Of a DNA stretch of 26,911 bases, positions 24,584 to 26,911 are shown piece by piece. The DNA is from a virus (Duplodnaviria; Caudoviricetes): positions 1-26,911 of the IMG/VR virus record IMGVR_UViG_3300018080_005675, one strand, 5' to 3'. The translations under genes and the position numbers were made by a program. How positions within the stretch are numbered: position 1 is the stretch's first letter; every line of letters starts with the position of its first letter. Under the pieces are notes generated by a model that saw only the letters and a list, made by a program, of their open reading frames with translations, had not been told where the DNA came from and ran no database searches.

Positions 24584-24672
24584 CGGGGTGATGGGGTGAC
24601 GGGGTGACGGGGTGACGGGGTGACGGGGTGACGACAAAAGTTCTCTCACCCAGTCACCCCCTCACCCCGTCA
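24584..24672. repeat. Inverted pair of octamer arrays
   Basis: (C/T)GGGGTGA x6, 14-nt spacer, TCACCC.. x3. Confidence 0.95.
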
Positions 24673-24676
24673 GCTT

Positions 24677-25045
24677 TCAAAACTCCTCGAATTCCCACGC
24701 GCCGTCCTTCCCCTTCCGCACCGCGATGAAGTCGAACGGAAACCGTTCGGCGGCGCACTTGATCCGCACCCGGGCTGCCTGGCGCCAGTGGCCCTTGACC
24801 TCGTGGAGCTGGATCGTGCCGTCGGGCAGTTGCACGACGAAGTCGGGCGTGTAGTAGGCGAGCCGTCCGATCTGAAAACGCATCGACTCATAGGCCCACC
24901 AGATCACCGCACCGATGTTCTGCCGGGCGGTGAGCATCGCGGCGTACTCGGCCTCGAGGCCGTTCATCTTCCCGCGGGTCTTGGCCGGCGCCCGGGCGCG
25001 GACGTGGCGTGGCGGGGTCTTGCGGCGGGAGCGTTTATTTGCCAT
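24677..25045 (-). CDS. PD-(D/E)XK nuclease-like phage protein (DUF1064-like)
   Basis: ATG 25045 behind GGAGG; MNGLEAEY...YTPDF...HEVKG motif. Confidence 0.8.
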   Translation of the reverse strand: MANKRSRRKTPPRHVRARAPAKTRGKMNGLEAEYAAMLTARQNIGAVIWWAYESMRFQIGRLAYYTPDFVVQLPDGTIQLHEVKGHWRQAARVRIKCAAERFPFDFIAVRKGKDGAWEFEEF

Positions 25046-25406
25046 CGATCGCCTCCGCAATCTGTTCGAGCAGCCAGCGAACGGCGTCGGGGCGACTGTA
25101 GATGCGATTGCCGCCGGCCAACCGCGCGCCGGCGGCGTCAAGCCCGTTAAAGAGCCGCTGCAGGGCCACCGACTGGCGGTGATTGAGCCGGGCCTCGCAG
25201 TGGCGAGAGACGTATTCGTTGCCCAGCTCCGCGACCGGCAGCTCGATGATTGCGGATTGCTGGCCGGGGTCGATCGGCGCGGGTTCGGCCGCCGGTGCGG
25301 CCTCTGTCGTCTCCTCGGCCGCCGGCAGCGGCTCCGGGCCCAGGTCGATCGGCGGCGGCGCGGCCGGCGGTGTGCCGCCAGCTCTCTTGGTACTGCGTCT
25401 AGCCAT
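25035..25406 (-). CDS. Hypothetical protein (123 aa)
   Basis: ATG with GGAG; Pro/Glu-rich N-terminus, helical C-terminus; overlaps the next gene. Confidence 0.7.
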   Translation of the reverse strand: MARRSTKRAGGTPPAAPPPIDLGPEPLPAAEETTEAAPAAEPAPIDPGQQSAIIELPVAELGNEYVSRHCEARLNHRQSVALQRLFNGLDAAGARLAGGNRIYSRPDAVRWLLEQIAEAIDGK

Positions 25407-25419
25407 GGTTAGCTCCGTG

Positions 25420-26911
25420 TTAGCTCCGTTCCGTTACCAGGTAAGGTTGCCCGTCCGGCGTTACGAGCCGGGCGGCCGGGCGTTGCAGGGGGGCGGCCGC
25501 GGCGGCCGCCTGCGTTTCGAGCAGGCGGAAGCCGCAGAAGTTAAGCGCACAAAGGGCGTAGCAGGCGCAGTCCAGCCAGTGGTTCGCACCGTGCTTTTCC
25601 CATACATCGATCTCGCCGCGGCCGGGGACCACGCGGTGGACGAGTTTTTCGCTGAGGAGGTGGTGCTCCAGTTTGGTGTGCCGCTTGCGGTCGAGACCCG
25701 GATCGAAGAGCGTGATCGCCCCGGGCTGGCCCGCCGGTAGTGCGAACCCGTGCTGGCAGGCCAGCTTGTACTGGTCGGCGTTGATCGTGATCTGCGCGGC
25801 GCGATACTTTGGCACCAGCGTCAGGTGCCAACCGTCGCCGATTCGCCGGACCCACTTATCGGTCTTCGCCGGCGCGGTGTAATTGCCGCGTTCCATCCGC
25901 CGGATCTGGGACAGACCGCGGCCGACGATCCCCATGTAGCGGTTGGCCCGCAGCGTGCCCGATTCGCGAATGAACTGGAAAACCGCATCGGGCATGTAAC
26001 CGCTGTCGATCCAGACGCGGTCGGGCACGCGGCGATCGCTGCGGCCGGCGATCGGCCAGCCATCCTCGGCCCGCCGGCGGAACTCCCGCAAGGCCTGGAC
26101 GATCGCGTTGGACTCGGGCAGGTCGTCGCTGTGGACCTCCGTGACCCCGTAATCGGGCACGTGGAGTCCCGACGGCCCGGCGGCCAGGACGAGGTACCAG
26201 AAATGCCACTTGCCGACGTCGGTGCCGACGACCAGGTGCTCGGTATCGGCCGGGACGAGGTTCTGCTCCAAGGCGCCGGTCCGCCGGCGGACGTCGCCCG
26301 GCTTCAGCTCGACGTGTTCGATGTCCGGCGGCAAATAAGGCACGGCCCAAACGAATTGGCACTGTTGCTTTTCGGCGTTTTCGCGCTCGGGGCCCTCGGG
26401 TTTCTCGGCCGCGTCCCATTCGCCGGCGGCGATCGTGGAGGTGGACCAAAACAGGTTATTGAAGGCGTTCCAGCGGAAGCCCAGCGTATCGGTCTCGGGC
26501 GGATCGCCGTGGATCACACCGTCGCGGCCGATCGACTGCCCGCGGTGGACCAGCACGGCGCGGCGGTTCATTTCCGCCCGCTGCGCGTCGTCGATCGCGG
26601 CGCCGCAGGCCGGGCAGACGAAGCGGCCGAGGCGCCCGGCCTCGATTTTGTTTGTCGCCCGCTCCCAGCCGATCAGGTGTTCGCGCTCGGGCGTTACGTA
26701 CTCGCCGCAGTGGGGGCAGGGGCAGGCGATGCGGCTGGTGGTGCCGGCCTGATATTCCCGCCAGATGCGGCCGCTCTCGATCGAGGTCGTGCATTCGAGC
26801 GAGAGGACTCGTTCGGGCTCGTCGTAGCTGGAGCTGCGGGCCTCAAGTTGCGAGACCGGGTCGGCTTCGCGCGAGGCCTCGCCGGCCTCGTCCATCTTGT
26901 CGGCCTCGGTA
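25420..26911 (-). CDS. Terminase large subunit, lambda GpA family (5'-truncated)
   Basis: The frame is open to the window edge; CPHC/CPAC zinc motifs and nuclease motifs VGTDVG, WIDSG, NHWLDC. Confidence 0.92.
   Translation of the reverse strand, partial: TEADKMDEAGEASREADPVSQLEARSSSYDEPERVLSLECTTSIESGRIWREYQAGTTSRIACPCPHCGEYVTPEREHLIGWERATNKIEAGRLGRFVCPACGAAIDDAQRAEMNRRAVLVHRGQSIGRDGVIHGDPPETDTLGFRWNAFNNLFWSTSTIAAGEWDAAEKPEGPERENAEKQQCQFVWAVPYLPPDIEHVELKPGDVRRRTGALEQNLVPADTEHLVVGTDVGKWHFWYLVLAAGPSGLHVPDYGVTEVHSDDLPESNAIVQALREFRRRAEDGWPIAGRSDRRVPDRVWIDSGYMPDAVFQFIRESGTLRANRYMGIVGRGLSQIRRMERGNYTAPAKTDKWVRRIGDGWHLTLVPKYRAAQITINADQYKLACQHGFALPAGQPGAITLFDPGLDRKRHTKLEHHLLSEKLVHRVVPGRGEIDVWEKHGANHWLDCACYALCALNFCGFRLLETQAAAAAAPLQRPAARLVTPDGQPYLVTERS

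Noticed and set aside
880-24672. Repeat arrays as CRISPR
   Set aside because: Units are 7-9 bp and contiguous, with no unique spacers and no cas genes.
1-26911. Host assignment (Planctomycetota-like impression) and tRNA/rRNA/integrase features
   Set aside because: No host marker genes, RNA genes or att/integrase are visible; neither the host nor prophage versus free phage can be determined from this window.

Overview
A high-GC, lambda-like long-tailed phage or prophage morphogenesis region, with every supported gene on the minus strand. Reading from the right end: terminase large subunit (GpA type, cut by the window edge), then an accessory block (hypothetical, PD-(D/E)XK nuclease, ParB-like protein, ABC-ATPase-GNAT fusion with a frameshifted winged-HTH tail, a promoter-driven hypothetical, ASCH protein, 35-aa membrane peptide). 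This is followed by gpW-like protein, lambda-type portal, S49 protease with nested scaffold, extended capsid cement protein, major capsid, head-tail genes with a holin-like gene among them, tail tube, tail chaperone with a -1 frameshift, tape measure and tail-tip genes. The most striking unexplained structure is about 22 short tandem 7-, 8- and 9-mer arrays at most tail and neck gene junctions. They often fill the whole intergenic space, supply stop codons, resemble Shine-Dalgarno sequences, form inverted hairpins, and once sit inside a CDS. Products were assigned from motifs and gene order by eye; no database searches were run.
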